Notes: generated by a model from the sequence alone, not told the origin. DNA of 64,000 nucleotides from Candidatus Thalassarchaeaceae archaeon (GCA_030749075.1 JASMKR010000006.1:3029-67028), one strand, 5' to 3'; numbered from the stretch's first letter, positions 19,183 to 28,735 are shown. Program-made: numbers and translations.

Positions 19183-20511
19183 CTATGGCGTGACTCGCCT
19201 GCTATCACGGGGGAATGGGATTACCTCGCGGATGTGGTCAGCGCCCGTCAGCCACGCGCACACGCGATCGACCCCCATCCCGAAGCCACTGTGGGGCACG
19301 CCCCCGTAACGGCGGATGTCGATGTAGAACTCGTAGGGCTCACGTGGGGTCCCCTCTTCGTCAATCCTCTCGAGAATCTCACTCTCCGACCAGGTGCGCT
19401 CGCCGCCGCCGATGATCTCGCCGTAGCCCTCGGGGGCTAGCAGGTCGTGGCAGAGCACATACTTCGGGTCGTCGGGGTCCGGGCGGTGGTAGAACGGCTT
19501 GGAGATGCGAGGGTAGTGAGTCAGGAAGTGCGGGACTTCGAAGTCCTGGGTCAGGGCCTTCTCCTTGCTGTAGTCAAGATCCTGTCCCCACTCAATCTCG
19601 ACCCCCATGCCCTGCAGGGTCTCGACGGCCTCGTCGTACCTCATCCGGGGGTACGTGCTATCGGCGTAGCGCGAGATTGTGTCGGGGTCCCTCCCAAGTT
19701 CGACGAGATCGTCCTCGCACTCATCCAGCAGGGTCCTGGAGATATGGCGAACTACGCCTTCGCCATGCTCCATAACCTCCTCGTTGGAGGCCCAGGCGAC
19801 TTCCATCTCCGCGTGCCAGAACTCGGTGAGGTGCCGGCGCGTGCGGGACTTCTCCGCTCGGAACGACGGGGCCATGGTGTAGAGTCTCTCAAGGGCGGGC
19901 ATCGCGGCCTCGGCATAGAGCTGCCAAGACTGAGTCAGGTAGGCCTTGCGGCCGAAGTAGGGGATCTCGAACAGGGTGCTGCCCCCCTCAACGGCCCCGG
20001 CGACAAAGTTGGGTGCTTGGTACTCGATGAAGTCCCTTTCCCGGAAGTATGAGTGGATGGCTCCGAATACCGTGCTGCGCAGCCTGAGCATGGATGTCAT
20101 CCTGCTCGTTCGGAGGTAGAGATGGCGGTTGTCGAGGAGGAACTCCGTCTCCCCCCCGTCGGCATCCCCCATAGCGGACTCGGTGATCGGGAAGGGTCGG
20201 TCGGGGTTGACGGGCCCGATGACCTCGCCCGAGGAGGCAAGGATCTCGTGGCCGTGCTCGCGGTCGGTCGCCTCGACAGTGCCCCGGACGACGATGCTGG
20301 ACTCGGTTAGGGCGCCTTTCATCGCCTCGAAGGCAACATCGCCGACCTCGTCCCGCTTGATTACGCACTGGACGGACCCAGTGGAGTCCCGCAAGACGAT
20401 GAACCATATCTTGTTGGATCCCCGGGACCTGTGGACCCAGCCCTTCAACTCGACTACAGAGCCATCGTGGGCACCGGCTCTAACATCTCCAATCCAAGTC
20501 GTCTTCGCCAT
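19183..20511 (-). CDS. asnS: Asparagine--tRNA ligase (class IIb aaRS)
   Basis: OB-fold (LKGWVHR..FIVLRDSTG), LTQSWQLY, motif 2 FRAEKSRTRRHLTEF, motif 3 PHSGFGMGVDR. GGAGG SD sequence precedes ATG 20511. Confidence 0.88.
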   Translation of the reverse strand: MAKTTWIGDVRAGAHDGSVVELKGWVHRSRGSNKIWFIVLRDSTGSVQCVIKRDEVGDVAFEAMKGALTESSIVVRGTVEATDREHGHEILASSGEVIGPVNPDRPFPITESAMGDADGGETEFLLDNRHLYLRTSRMTSMLRLRSTVFGAIHSYFRERDFIEYQAPNFVAGAVEGGSTLFEIPYFGRKAYLTQSWQLYAEAAMPALERLYTMAPSFRAEKSRTRRHLTEFWHAEMEVAWASNEEVMEHGEGVVRHISRTLLDECEDDLVELGRDPDTISRYADSTYPRMRYDEAVETLQGMGVEIEWGQDLDYSKEKALTQDFEVPHFLTHYPRISKPFYHRPDPDDPKYVLCHDLLAPEGYGEIIGGGERTWSESEILERIDEEGTPREPYEFYIDIRRYGGVPHSGFGMGVDRVCAWLTGADHIREVIPFPRDSRRVTP

Positions 20512-20588
20512 GCGAATTCGCTCCTCCCCGGTCGCTACCTCCATTTCAATGTCAGTATATGAGCGTCGGCAAGACGATGATTGGGCGG

Positions 20589-20662
20589 CGGGTCTGACGG
20601 GATTCGAACCCGCGGCCGACGGGTTAAGAGCCCGTCGCTCTACCTGACTAAGCTACAGACCC
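20589..20662 (-). tRNA. tRNA-Lys(CTT), CCA not encoded
   Basis: Reverse complement: acceptor GGGTCTG/CAGACCC; anticodon arm ACGGG-CT CTT AA-CCCGT; GGTTCGAATCC; TTATA box upstream. Confidence 0.95.
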
Positions 20663-20703
20663 GGCGCTGGGGTTTGGCGCCGCCCTATAACGGCGACGGG
20701 GGC

Positions 20704-21408
20704 TCAGCCCAGCCGCCCGCCGGGCTTGACAAGGGTGGTGACCTCGTCTTGCGAGGCCATGACGACGGCGTCGCATATACCGACGAAGAGCCCGGCCTCC
20801 ACCACGCCGTCTATCGAGCGGATTCGGGACTCCAGATCGGGGGGGTTCGAGATGATGGGGCCGAAGGAGCAATCGAGGATGTAGCCCCGGTTGTCCGTGA
20901 CGAAGGGCTCGTCCTCGCCGCCCCTCAAAGCCACGGGTCCCGGGCACAGGGCCGCGATTCCATCCCTCACGCTCTCCCATGCCATCTCGTCGACCTCCAC
21001 GGGAAGGGGGAATGCGCCTAGGGTGCGGACCTGCTTGCTGTCGTCGGCGACGACCACCATTGCCTCGGAGGCCAGCGCTACGATCTTCTCGCGTGTCAGG
21101 GCGCCGCCGCCGCCCTTGATGAGGTCGAAGTTTTGGTCAAACTCGTCAGCCCCGTCTATCGTCAGGTCGAGGGTGCCCGCATCCCGTATCTCGAGCAGTG
21201 GAATCCCGAGCATCTCGGCGAGCCGTCTTGTGTCCTCGCTGGTCGGCACTCCTGCAACCTCGATGCCCTCTTGCTCGATCATCCTCGCTATCTCGATGAT
21301 CGAGTACCTGACCGTGGATCCCGTCCCCAGCCCGAGCGCCATGCCATCGGTGATGAACTGGCAGGCTGCGATGCCGGCCTGCTCCTTGAGCGACTCAATG
21401 CCCGCCAC
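20704..21408 (-). CDS. rpiA: Ribose-5-phosphate isomerase A
   Basis: GLGTGST, IDGADE, IKGGGGALTREK, PLPVEV, TDNRGYILD, GVVEAGLF. Confidence 0.95.
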   Translation of the reverse strand: MAGIESLKEQAGIAACQFITDGMALGLGTGSTVRYSIIEIARMIEQEGIEVAGVPTSEDTRRLAEMLGIPLLEIRDAGTLDLTIDGADEFDQNFDLIKGGGGALTREKIVALASEAMVVVADDSKQVRTLGAFPLPVEVDEMAWESVRDGIAALCPGPVALRGGEDEPFVTDNRGYILDCSFGPIISNPPDLESRIRSIDGVVEAGLFVGICDAVVMASQDEVTTLVKPGGRLG

Positions 21409-21502
21409 GCCTCAGGGGGCCCGTGGGACGTGCATGATGGTTGCCCCGGGGTCCGGCGGGCGAGGCCGGTGGGTTCATGCGGGGGCGACACGCCCGCCGT
21501 CC

Positions 21503-21798
21503 GAGGGAGCAGGAGGGTCGCTGACAGTGTTCGACACTGAGGAAAGTCCCCTCTCCGCGATGCAGGCGTCCCGTCACAAGGCGGGGGTCCGGGAGGGCCG
21601 GCTCTGCAGCAGAAACGAACCATGCCAGGCGTACGATGAACCCGATAGGGGGAGGTTTCCTGAGCATGGCTGGAACGGGCAACCACGCCGGAGCAAGTCC
21701 AAGCAGGTCCGTATGGCATCGACAGGACCGGGTAGGATGCATAGTTGAATGCGACCAGCCGCAAGGTGAACAGAAAGGGGCTTACTCCCTGCACCCTC
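21503..21798 (+). ncRNA. rnpB: Archaeal RNase P RNA (type A)
   Basis: Conserved GAGGAAAGTCC and AACAGAAAGGGGCTTAC segments; P1 GAGGGAGCAGG/CCTGCACCCTC; P6 pseudoknot CGATGC/GCATCG; P7 GGCGT/ACGCC. Confidence 0.93.
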
Positions 21799-21810
21799 GC
21801 CAACATCGGC

Positions 21811-24800
21811 CTAGTCGGTGAGAACCGCGTCGAGCACCGGGCCCGGCGCGAGGGAACCGCTCTCCTCGAAGTCGAGCCACGTCCCCTCCCCCTTCAGCCT
21901 TGAGCTGAGTTCGTGATAGGCTACGATCATAGTAGGCAGAAGGATCGAGCTGGTCAGCAGTGCCAGCACGAGCAGGAGCATCATCAGCACGAAGAAGTTC
22001 TGCAGGCCGGGGACTGATACGAAGAGCCCTGCTGCGAGTCCAGCACACGTCGTCGAGGTCGTCTCGAAGATTGTGTGCCCCGTTCGTGATACCGACTTGG
22101 CGATTCCAGCAGGAGTCTCGCCCTCGTCCTTGATGCGGTCGATGATGTGGATCGAGTCGTCGACCCCGATGCCGAAGACGATAGTCCCAATCATGGCGGT
22201 GAACACGTTAACGTTTACCGAGCCGCCACGCATCAGCAGTGGCTGCCAGAGCACAACCACGCCGACTGCGGTCATCGTGAAGATGGCCAGTCTGGGTGAG
22301 CGGAATAGGATGGCCATCGTCAGCAGCAGAATGGCCATAGTGGCAATAGTCGTCTCGGACTGCGCGTCGTGAATCCCCTTGTTTATGTCGAGTGAGACTG
22401 GAAGACCCCCGGTCAGCAGGGAGTTCGAGACCCCGAAGATGCCCAAGGCAGGGCAGTCGAGCGCGCTTGCACATCCATTTCCATCGAGATGGCCATCGAT
22501 GGCATCCCGGAGGCTGCCCGCTGTTGCGAGGTTGATGTAGGGTTGGTTGACGTAGACCAGAGTCTTGGTCTCGCCCTGGCCCTGATCCGCGTTCATCAAC
22601 ATGGAGCGGACCTCTGGGCTCAGCGTGTCGAAAGCGATGTTGACCATGTCCTCGCGACTGCTCGCAGCATAGGGCCAGCAGTCCGGGCGGAGGGGATTGG
22701 TAGACTCGTCCCAGCACTCGTCGTGTATCAACTCCCACAGGCTGCGGTCATAAATCTCGAGGCCCTCAACCTCCAAGTCGACGTGAACCGCCTTCAGGAT
22801 GTCCACTAGGCTGATCGTCGTCGTGTTGGCGACATTGTCAATCTTCATCACTTGCATGTGGTCAATGGCGTCCAGAATTGGGAGATCTCGGATTGGAGCG
22901 GTATCGTTCTTCGGCCCCCTTTCTGAGGCATCCACGATGAACATGTTCGTCTGACCCCCCTCGAAGACTATGCTGTACTCCCTGAGGGCCTCGTAAGACT
23001 CGAGTCCTGGAGGGACCTCGTCCGATGCCCCTGTGATTTCCTTGCCCAGCTCGTCATTGTAGATCCAGACCCCACCGAGGGTCACACCCAACGAAAAAAG
23101 TATGATGAGCAGAGTGGCTCTAAGGGGCACTCGTCCTATGGATTCCCAGAGGCCGTCCATCAAGGAGAGTGTGAGGGTCAGTGAAAGCGTGATTCCCAGG
23201 ATGATGGCCCCCCCGATGGTGAGTGAGGCGAGCCAGTACAGGATTCCGGAGGACGCCCCGGTAGATAGGACAGCAAACAGCACCCCGTTGACCCCCATGA
23301 CCGTGTATTCGCCTCTTGCAGTGGCCACAGCGGCGGACGACGGCACCGAGACAGGGCGTCCCAATGCTGTATTCATGGCTCGGGCTGCTTGACGGTGCCG
23401 CCTCCTGCCCTCTATGTTCCCGGTCTTGAACAGAGAGGTCGCTTCGCCCCTCCGATACTTGAGCAACTCGATCAGGGCGGGCACCATCAGCATCGAGAGA
23501 GCAAAGGTGCAGGCTATGCCCAGCAGGAGGGTGATGCCCACGGTCCTCATCGGCTGTATTGGAACCAGCTCGGGCCAAGTGAGGACGCTGAACCCGATTA
23601 TCGTGGTCAGAGCGGAGAGGAAGATTGCGTTGCCGGTGGTCATTGCGGCCATCACCGTGGCCTTGAGGCTGATCTCTGGGTCGAAGGGGTCCAACTCCTC
23701 GATTTCGACGCCGCCCCTATTGGCAACCCACTCCTCCTCCTTGCGACTATCCAGCAGCTCAGTTCGGTTCTCCTCTATCCGATTAGTAAGGTGGAGCGCG
23801 TAGTCAACGCCTAGGCCGACTAGGATCGGCCCGGCCGAGATAATCATTGGCGTTAGCATGATGTCGAGGATCACGGTGGTGCCGAAGGTGATTGCGAGGC
23901 TCATCACGATCGGAAGCCCGCAAATGACAATGACCTTGGCGTTCCTGTGGAGAATCAGCATCGCCAGGGCCACAAGGAGGAGGCTCACCGGCAGCATGGT
24001 GTTCACCAGCTCGAGGTAGATTGCGTCGGAGACGTCGTGCAGCACGGGGGTCAGGCCAGTGACGGTTACCGCCTGCCTTTGCGGGATGACGTCGAGGCGC
24101 CCCTTGTCCATGGTCGAGACCGGGTTCTGGTAGGTCCTGCCGCAGATCTCGCACTCGCTTGCACTGGCGTTTTCGAGGAGGCTCTTGGCGTGCGCGACGA
24201 AGGCCTTGTGGTCCCTGATGACTCCCGAGGGGTTCTCTTCGGAGATTCCCTTGGGGTCGCTGCGGGGGGTGATGTCGGTGTTGGCCATGTCGAATGCGAT
24301 TCCCATGATGATGACGCCGGTATCCCAAGTCTCGTCGCCGTTGGTGTCTCGTACGAAGTTCGACATCAGCTCGCCAGCGTTCTCGACGTACTGGTCGACT
24401 CTCTCCTGGGCACCGTCCCCCTGGGGAATGGAGTACCCAACGTATGGATTGAGGGATGATAGGGCGCAATCTCCGTCGCTCAAGGGTATCCCGTGCTTCT
24501 CGACGGCGCAACTGAACCTGTGGTCGGTGGAGTTGGCCTCCTTGACGATCTGTGCGGGAGAGAGGACCCAGATTACGCCGTCGCACCCGTCGCCGGGCTT
24601 ATTGCAAGCCAATGAGCCCCTATCCTCCTTGTTGTAGTCCAGCCCGGACTTGAGGCCGCCCTTGCCCACGTTATTGTCATCGCCCTCGATCCACGACATC
24701 TGGGAGAGGATGTCCACATCAGTGATGTTCTCGTTTCCCTTCTCCCCCCCCGTAGCGGCGTTATCGGTCTGGACATACAGGATGACGATGTCCGTTGCCC

Positions 24801-25215
24801 ACTGCTCCCTGACCTCGTTGAGCAGGACTGTCGAGTTCGCCCCATCGGGCAGGTATATCTCGACATCGCCGTTGATCTGGTGCTCGAAGTCCATGGCGTC
24901 CCTGCCGATCAAAGCTGTCAGCAGCAGAAGCAGTGCGACTACCGCTCCGGGGCTGCGCTGGATGCCGCTGTAGGTCAGCTCGGCAGCCCTCTGGGCGACT
25001 GCGTGGACGCCGTCGGAGACATCGTCGGAGAGTTGCCCGACCGTATCGAGGGCCCCGCCGAGGACGCCCCCGTAAACGGCCTCCCTAGCACGCACTATAG
25101 CGTTCCTGGCCGGCTGCAGGCTCTCGAAGAACCACTCCCAGAAGCGGGCCTCGTCGTCCAGCTCATCCTCCCTCAAGGTGCCTGTCACGCGGATGGCCCC
25201 CTGTGGGGGCCACAT
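21811..25215 (-). CDS. MMPL/RND-family transporter (1134 aa)
   Basis: Two RND halves with GLGVDYALH and GIGVDDSIH, SALTTIIGF, and large extracytoplasmic loops. Confidence 0.9.
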   Translation of the reverse strand: MWPPQGAIRVTGTLREDELDDEARFWEWFFESLQPARNAIVRAREAVYGGVLGGALDTVGQLSDDVSDGVHAVAQRAAELTYSGIQRSPGAVVALLLLLTALIGRDAMDFEHQINGDVEIYLPDGANSTVLLNEVREQWATDIVILYVQTDNAATGGEKGNENITDVDILSQMSWIEGDDNNVGKGGLKSGLDYNKEDRGSLACNKPGDGCDGVIWVLSPAQIVKEANSTDHRFSCAVEKHGIPLSDGDCALSSLNPYVGYSIPQGDGAQERVDQYVENAGELMSNFVRDTNGDETWDTGVIIMGIAFDMANTDITPRSDPKGISEENPSGVIRDHKAFVAHAKSLLENASASECEICGRTYQNPVSTMDKGRLDVIPQRQAVTVTGLTPVLHDVSDAIYLELVNTMLPVSLLLVALAMLILHRNAKVIVICGLPIVMSLAITFGTTVILDIMLTPMIISAGPILVGLGVDYALHLTNRIEENRTELLDSRKEEEWVANRGGVEIEELDPFDPEISLKATVMAAMTTGNAIFLSALTTIIGFSVLTWPELVPIQPMRTVGITLLLGIACTFALSMLMVPALIELLKYRRGEATSLFKTGNIEGRRRHRQAARAMNTALGRPVSVPSSAAVATARGEYTVMGVNGVLFAVLSTGASSGILYWLASLTIGGAIILGITLSLTLTLSLMDGLWESIGRVPLRATLLIILFSLGVTLGGVWIYNDELGKEITGASDEVPPGLESYEALREYSIVFEGGQTNMFIVDASERGPKNDTAPIRDLPILDAIDHMQVMKIDNVANTTTISLVDILKAVHVDLEVEGLEIYDRSLWELIHDECWDESTNPLRPDCWPYAASSREDMVNIAFDTLSPEVRSMLMNADQGQGETKTLVYVNQPYINLATAGSLRDAIDGHLDGNGCASALDCPALGIFGVSNSLLTGGLPVSLDINKGIHDAQSETTIATMAILLLTMAILFRSPRLAIFTMTAVGVVVLWQPLLMRGGSVNVNVFTAMIGTIVFGIGVDDSIHIIDRIKDEGETPAGIAKSVSRTGHTIFETTSTTCAGLAAGLFVSVPGLQNFFVLMMLLLVLALLTSSILLPTMIVAYHELSSRLKGEGTWLDFEESGSLAPGPVLDAVLTD

Positions 25216-25345
25216 GAAGCGTTCGCTAGACAGTCGCCCGCGGGGGCGGTTCCTTCGGAATCTCGCGTCCTGGAACTGGCTGAGTCGAAAGTGATTTTCG
25301 GTCGTGTCCCGATGACCTCAAGACGGCCTTGCCGGTCGCACGTTC

Positions 25346-26287
25346 ATGGAATTGGTAACGGGAGGGGCCGGCTTCATCGGCTCGCACCTCGTCGACGCTC
25401 TGGTCGAGAGAGGCCAGCGCGTGAGGGTGTTCGACAACTTCAGCAGCGGGCGAGAGGACTTCCTGTCCCACCACGAGAGAGGCGGGATGGTCGAGGTGGT
25501 CAGGGGCGACCTGCTTGACCCGGAGGGGGTGAAGGAAGCGATGGATGGCATAGAGACCGTTCATCACTTGGCCGCCAACCCCGACATAAGGCTGGGCACG
25601 GAAGTCACGGACACGGACCTCAGGCAGGGCACCGTCGCGACATACAACGTACTAGAATCGATGAGAGTCAACGGGATCTCCAGAATCTCGTTCGCCTCCT
25701 CCTCCGCTGTCTACGGCGAGGCCGATCTGATGCCGACGCCGGAGGGCTACGGGCCCATCCTGCCGATATCGCTCTACGGCGCCTCGAAGCTAGCCAGCGA
25801 GGCCCTCATCTCCGCATGGGTCGGGACCTTCGGCGCTCAGGGGTACATACACCGGTTCGCCAACATAGTCGGCCCGCGCGGGACTCATGGCGTAATCTTC
25901 GACTTCATCCACAAGCTCAAGAGGGACCCGGCGAGGCTCGAGGTACTGGGTGACGGCTTCCAAGAGAAGTCGTACATGTCCGCTCACGATTGCGTCCGCT
26001 CCATGCTTCACCTGATGGACTGCGACGATGGCGATGCCAATCTCTACAACCTCGGCACCGGCGATACCTGCTCGGTCTCGAGGATCGCCGAGATCGTGGT
26101 AGAGGAGAGCGGGCTGGACGGCGTCGCGATAGAGTACACCGGCGGGAAGAGGGGCTGGGCCGGGGATGTCCCGAAGACCTACCTGGACGTGAGCAAGCTG
26201 CTCGGCACAGGATTCGAGCCCACTGCGATGTCAGAGCAGGCCATCAGGGACACGGCTCGCGACCTCATCGGCGAGATCGGGTTGTGA
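25346..26287 (+). CDS. NAD-dependent epimerase/dehydratase (UDP-glucose 4-epimerase-like)
   Basis: VTGGAGFIGSHL, FASSSAVYG, catalytic YGASK, RFANIVGP. Confidence 0.9.
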   Translation: MELVTGGAGFIGSHLVDALVERGQRVRVFDNFSSGREDFLSHHERGGMVEVVRGDLLDPEGVKEAMDGIETVHHLAANPDIRLGTEVTDTDLRQGTVATYNVLESMRVNGISRISFASSSAVYGEADLMPTPEGYGPILPISLYGASKLASEALISAWVGTFGAQGYIHRFANIVGPRGTHGVIFDFIHKLKRDPARLEVLGDGFQEKSYMSAHDCVRSMLHLMDCDDGDANLYNLGTGDTCSVSRIAEIVVEESGLDGVAIEYTGGKRGWAGDVPKTYLDVSKLLGTGFEPTAMSEQAIRDTARDLIGEIGL

Positions 26288-26304
26288 TGTAGGGTCGGGA
26301 GAGC

Positions 26305-27054
26305 ATGAGCAAGCGCTGGCACCAGGAGAAACGCCGGGATCCGTGGGGGCGTCAGGCTCGCTCGAAGGGGTATCGGGCGAGGTCCGCGTACAAGCTCAAG
26401 CAGATCCAGGAGAGATTCGGGATACTGAGGCCTGGAGATGCGGTCCTCGACATCGGCTGCCACCCAGGGGGATGGACCCAAGTGCTCGTAGAGGAGGTCG
26501 GTGATGACGGGCTCGTCATCGGTGTCGACCTGCTCGCCACCTCCGCAGTCGAGGGGGCCGAAATCATCATCGGCGACATCACCGAGCCGACAACGATCGA
26601 GCGCATCACCGAGATCGTTGGAGATCGCGATCTCAACGTGGTTGTCAGCGACATCTCCCCGAGGCTCACCGGGCGCTATGACACCGACCAGGCCATCTCG
26701 CTCGAGCTCTCAACCACTGCGCTCGATGCCGCGATGGCCCTCCTCTACCCGGGTGGCAGTTTCGTGACCAAGATCTTCCAAGGGGCGGGGATAGAGGGGC
26801 TTGTGGACGCCGCCAAACAGAGGTTCTCCTCGGTGGGGCGGTTCTCCCCCACGGCAAGCAGGAGCGCCTCCTCGGAGACGTACCTGGTCTGCCTGAACAA
26901 GCTGCCCAAGCCACGCGGTTCGGCCGCCGGCACCCCCGCGCTCGAGCAGGTTCGCGCGCACCTGGCGTCGATAGGGGTCGTCGTAGAGGTCGGGGACGGG
27001 GGCGAAGAGAGCACCAAGACTGGCTTCAGGAAGTTGGACAGACGAGAAGGATGA
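26305..27054 (+). CDS. rlmE: 23S rRNA 2'-O-methyltransferase RlmE/FtsJ
   Basis: GYRARSAYKL, LDIGCHPGGW, VVVSDISP, FVTKIFQG, SRSASSETY. Confidence 0.93.
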   Translation: MSKRWHQEKRRDPWGRQARSKGYRARSAYKLKQIQERFGILRPGDAVLDIGCHPGGWTQVLVEEVGDDGLVIGVDLLATSAVEGAEIIIGDITEPTTIERITEIVGDRDLNVVVSDISPRLTGRYDTDQAISLELSTTALDAAMALLYPGGSFVTKIFQGAGIEGLVDAAKQRFSSVGRFSPTASRSASSETYLVCLNKLPKPRGSAAGTPALEQVRAHLASIGVVVEVGDGGEESTKTGFRKLDRREG

Positions 27055-27213
27055 TCACGTTGACAATGCCCTTCAGGACGAGCAGGTTCGATCCCCCATT
27101 CTAAGGATGGTAAAGTCACTTAATTTACCTAGAAATAGCAAGTGTTTTCCGGCACACCGGCGATTCAGAAAATATGTGATTTTTGGCGTTTATGCAAGAT
27201 TACGTACCTGCGC

Positions 27214-27263
27214 CATTATATAGGCCATAGAAGGCAGGCAGTATCACTCGTGAAAACGAGGAG
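27214..27263 (+). promoter_or_regulatory. TATA box, 5'-leader GAAA hairpin and SD sequence of the MIP-like gene
   Basis: TTATATA at about 27216; CTCGT-GAAA-ACGAG at 27247-27260 overlapping GAGGAG at 27258-27263; ATG at 27272. Confidence 0.55.
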
Positions 27264-27271
27264 ATGAAAAC

Positions 27272-27880
27272 ATGGAAATGGATAAGAACGCAATGAAAGC
27301 AGAACTAGGCGGCGCCTTCATGGTGTCGTGGGCTGTAGGCTTCGGCCTTGTAGCAGGCGACACTGTGACGGCTGGCGCTACGCTAGCTGCCGCTGTTGGC
27401 CTTGCAGTGGTCTGGATGACCTTTGCAGGCGCCCACGTCCTTCCTGTCGTGACCTGGTGTCACATGCTGACAGGAGACGTTGGTGACGTTGAGGGCAACT
27501 GGATGGCAAACGGCATGAGGCTGTTGGCGCAGGTGATCGGTGCAACGCTGGCGATAGTGCTGGCAACCGAGGCCGGTGGCATCGAAACCGGCTGGGCAGC
27601 CGCGGAGTTCGCGGTGCCCGAGACCTGGAGCCTACTTGGCGCGATCGCCGCAGGTGCGGTATGGTGGCAGGTGCACACCCGATGTGACTCGGCGTGGGCA
27701 AGTGCCTTCGGCCTGATGGTACTGGCAGGTGCAATGACACTGGACGGGGGGCACCAGATGGGTGCTTCGCTGGCCAGCGCAGGAGATGGCATCGCAGATG
27801 TCCTCCCCGCGTGGATCGTTGACGGCCTGTTGGTTGGCCTCGGCGCCCGAATCGGCGCTGAGATCGACAACGCAGTCTGA
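27272..27880 (+). CDS. Divergent MIP/aquaporin-fold membrane protein lacking NPA motifs
   Basis: AELGGAF (compare AEFxGTF), GAHVLPVVT (compare SGAHxNPAVT), LLAQVIGA (compare AQLLGA); six hydrophobic segments. Confidence 0.7.
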   Translation: MEMDKNAMKAELGGAFMVSWAVGFGLVAGDTVTAGATLAAAVGLAVVWMTFAGAHVLPVVTWCHMLTGDVGDVEGNWMANGMRLLAQVIGATLAIVLATEAGGIETGWAAAEFAVPETWSLLGAIAAGAVWWQVHTRCDSAWASAFGLMVLAGAMTLDGGHQMGASLASAGDGIADVLPAWIVDGLLVGLGARIGAEIDNAV

Positions 27881-27903
27881 GCTGTATTCTCAGACATACG
27901 CAA

Positions 27904-27933
27904 GCAGGCCGGGGGGGCGACTCCCCGGTCTGT
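27904..27933 (+). terminator. 13-bp GC-rich stem with GCGA tetraloop between convergent genes (3' stabiliser or terminator)
   Basis: GCAGGCCGGGGGG-GCGA-CTCCCCGGTCTGT, with G-U pairs on the + strand. Confidence 0.55.
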
Positions 27934-27976
27934 GAACGACCCCTTCCTAGAGAGACCTCGCTCGACGGTAGTTTTC

Positions 27977-28429
27977 TCACTCTGAGTCGCGATCGTACGG
28001 CACGATGTTCTGCCACTCCGAGGCATCAGAACGTGACACTACGGCGTGGACCCAGTCATCGTCCGAGCAGTTGAACACCTCGTGGGGAAGCCCCGGCTCG
28101 ATGTAGAACATGTCCCCTGCACTGTGGACGACCGCCTTCCTGCAACCGGGCCCGTACTCGTGACGAACGCTGCCCTTGAGCAGGTAGACCATCACATCGA
28201 AGCCGACGTGGATGTGGGCCTTGGCAACGCCCCCGGGTGGGATGTAAGCGCGGTTCATCGAGAGACCGGTCGATGGCGTGTTCTTGCCCGACAGTCCAGC
28301 ACCGTACTCGATATTGTTCCAGCCGCGCACCTTCTCCACCTCTCTAAGACTCCAGATGCCCCCCTCGTCGTTCACAAAACGCTCCAGTTCCTCCTGCTCC
28401 CCCGTCAGTGAGAGATCCTCTTCGGTCAT
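27977..28429 (-). CDS. Cupin domain protein
   Basis: IPPGGVAKAHIH and GDMFYIEPGLPHEVFN cupin motifs. Start trimmed to ATG 28429 (TTGAAA box 23 nt upstream). Confidence 0.85.
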   Translation of the reverse strand: MTEEDLSLTGEQEELERFVNDEGGIWSLREVEKVRGWNNIEYGAGLSGKNTPSTGLSMNRAYIPPGGVAKAHIHVGFDVMVYLLKGSVRHEYGPGCRKAVVHSAGDMFYIEPGLPHEVFNCSDDDWVHAVVSRSDASEWQNIVPYDRDSE

Positions 28430-28558
28430 GGCGGGATTATGGGATATCGGCTTTTCAAAGTTTGGAGGTAGGGGGATGGGTCGCGGAAACTCCCTAAATT
28501 TCCTACAATCAACGCTAAAAGGGGGACTTCGCACGCCCACCAACCAAGAGGGTCTGCA

Positions 28559-28726
28559 GTGGCGCGAAGAGCAGTTGTTTGCGCGTCCTCGGGAAGACCA
28601 CTGGTGGAGGATGAGAGCACCTCCTTCCCCTGTCCCGAATGCAGCACCCAAATCGGGAGAAGTCAGCGCTGCAGGGTTCAGGCCGTCAAGTACATTTGTC
28701 CCAAATGCAGGTTCGAGGGCCCCTGA
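28559..28726 (+). CDS. 55-aa HVO_2753/DUF1610-family zinc-ribbon microprotein; absent from the ORF track
   Basis: GTG start; MARRAVVCASSGRPLVEDESTSFPCPECSTQIGRSQRCRVQAVKYICPKCRFEGP. FPCPxC and YxCPxCxFEGP hallmarks; sits in the usual position upstream of EF-1beta. Confidence 0.88.
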   Translation: MARRAVVCASSGRPLVEDESTSFPCPECSTQIGRSQRCRVQAVKYICPKCRFEGP

Positions 28727-28735
28727 GGTGAACTA

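Noticed and set aside
21288-21821. Several overlapping ORFs between rpiA and the MMPL gene
   Set aside because: The region is explained by RNase P RNA.
25216-25345. Replication origin at the switch from minus- to plus-strand genes
   Set aside because: The spacer is GC-rich and short, with no ORB boxes or cdc6/orc1 nearby.
27080-27100. GGTTCGATCCC T-loop-like sequence (tRNA fragment or att site)
   Set aside because: It has no proper T-stem or cloverleaf and does not match the tRNAs in the window.
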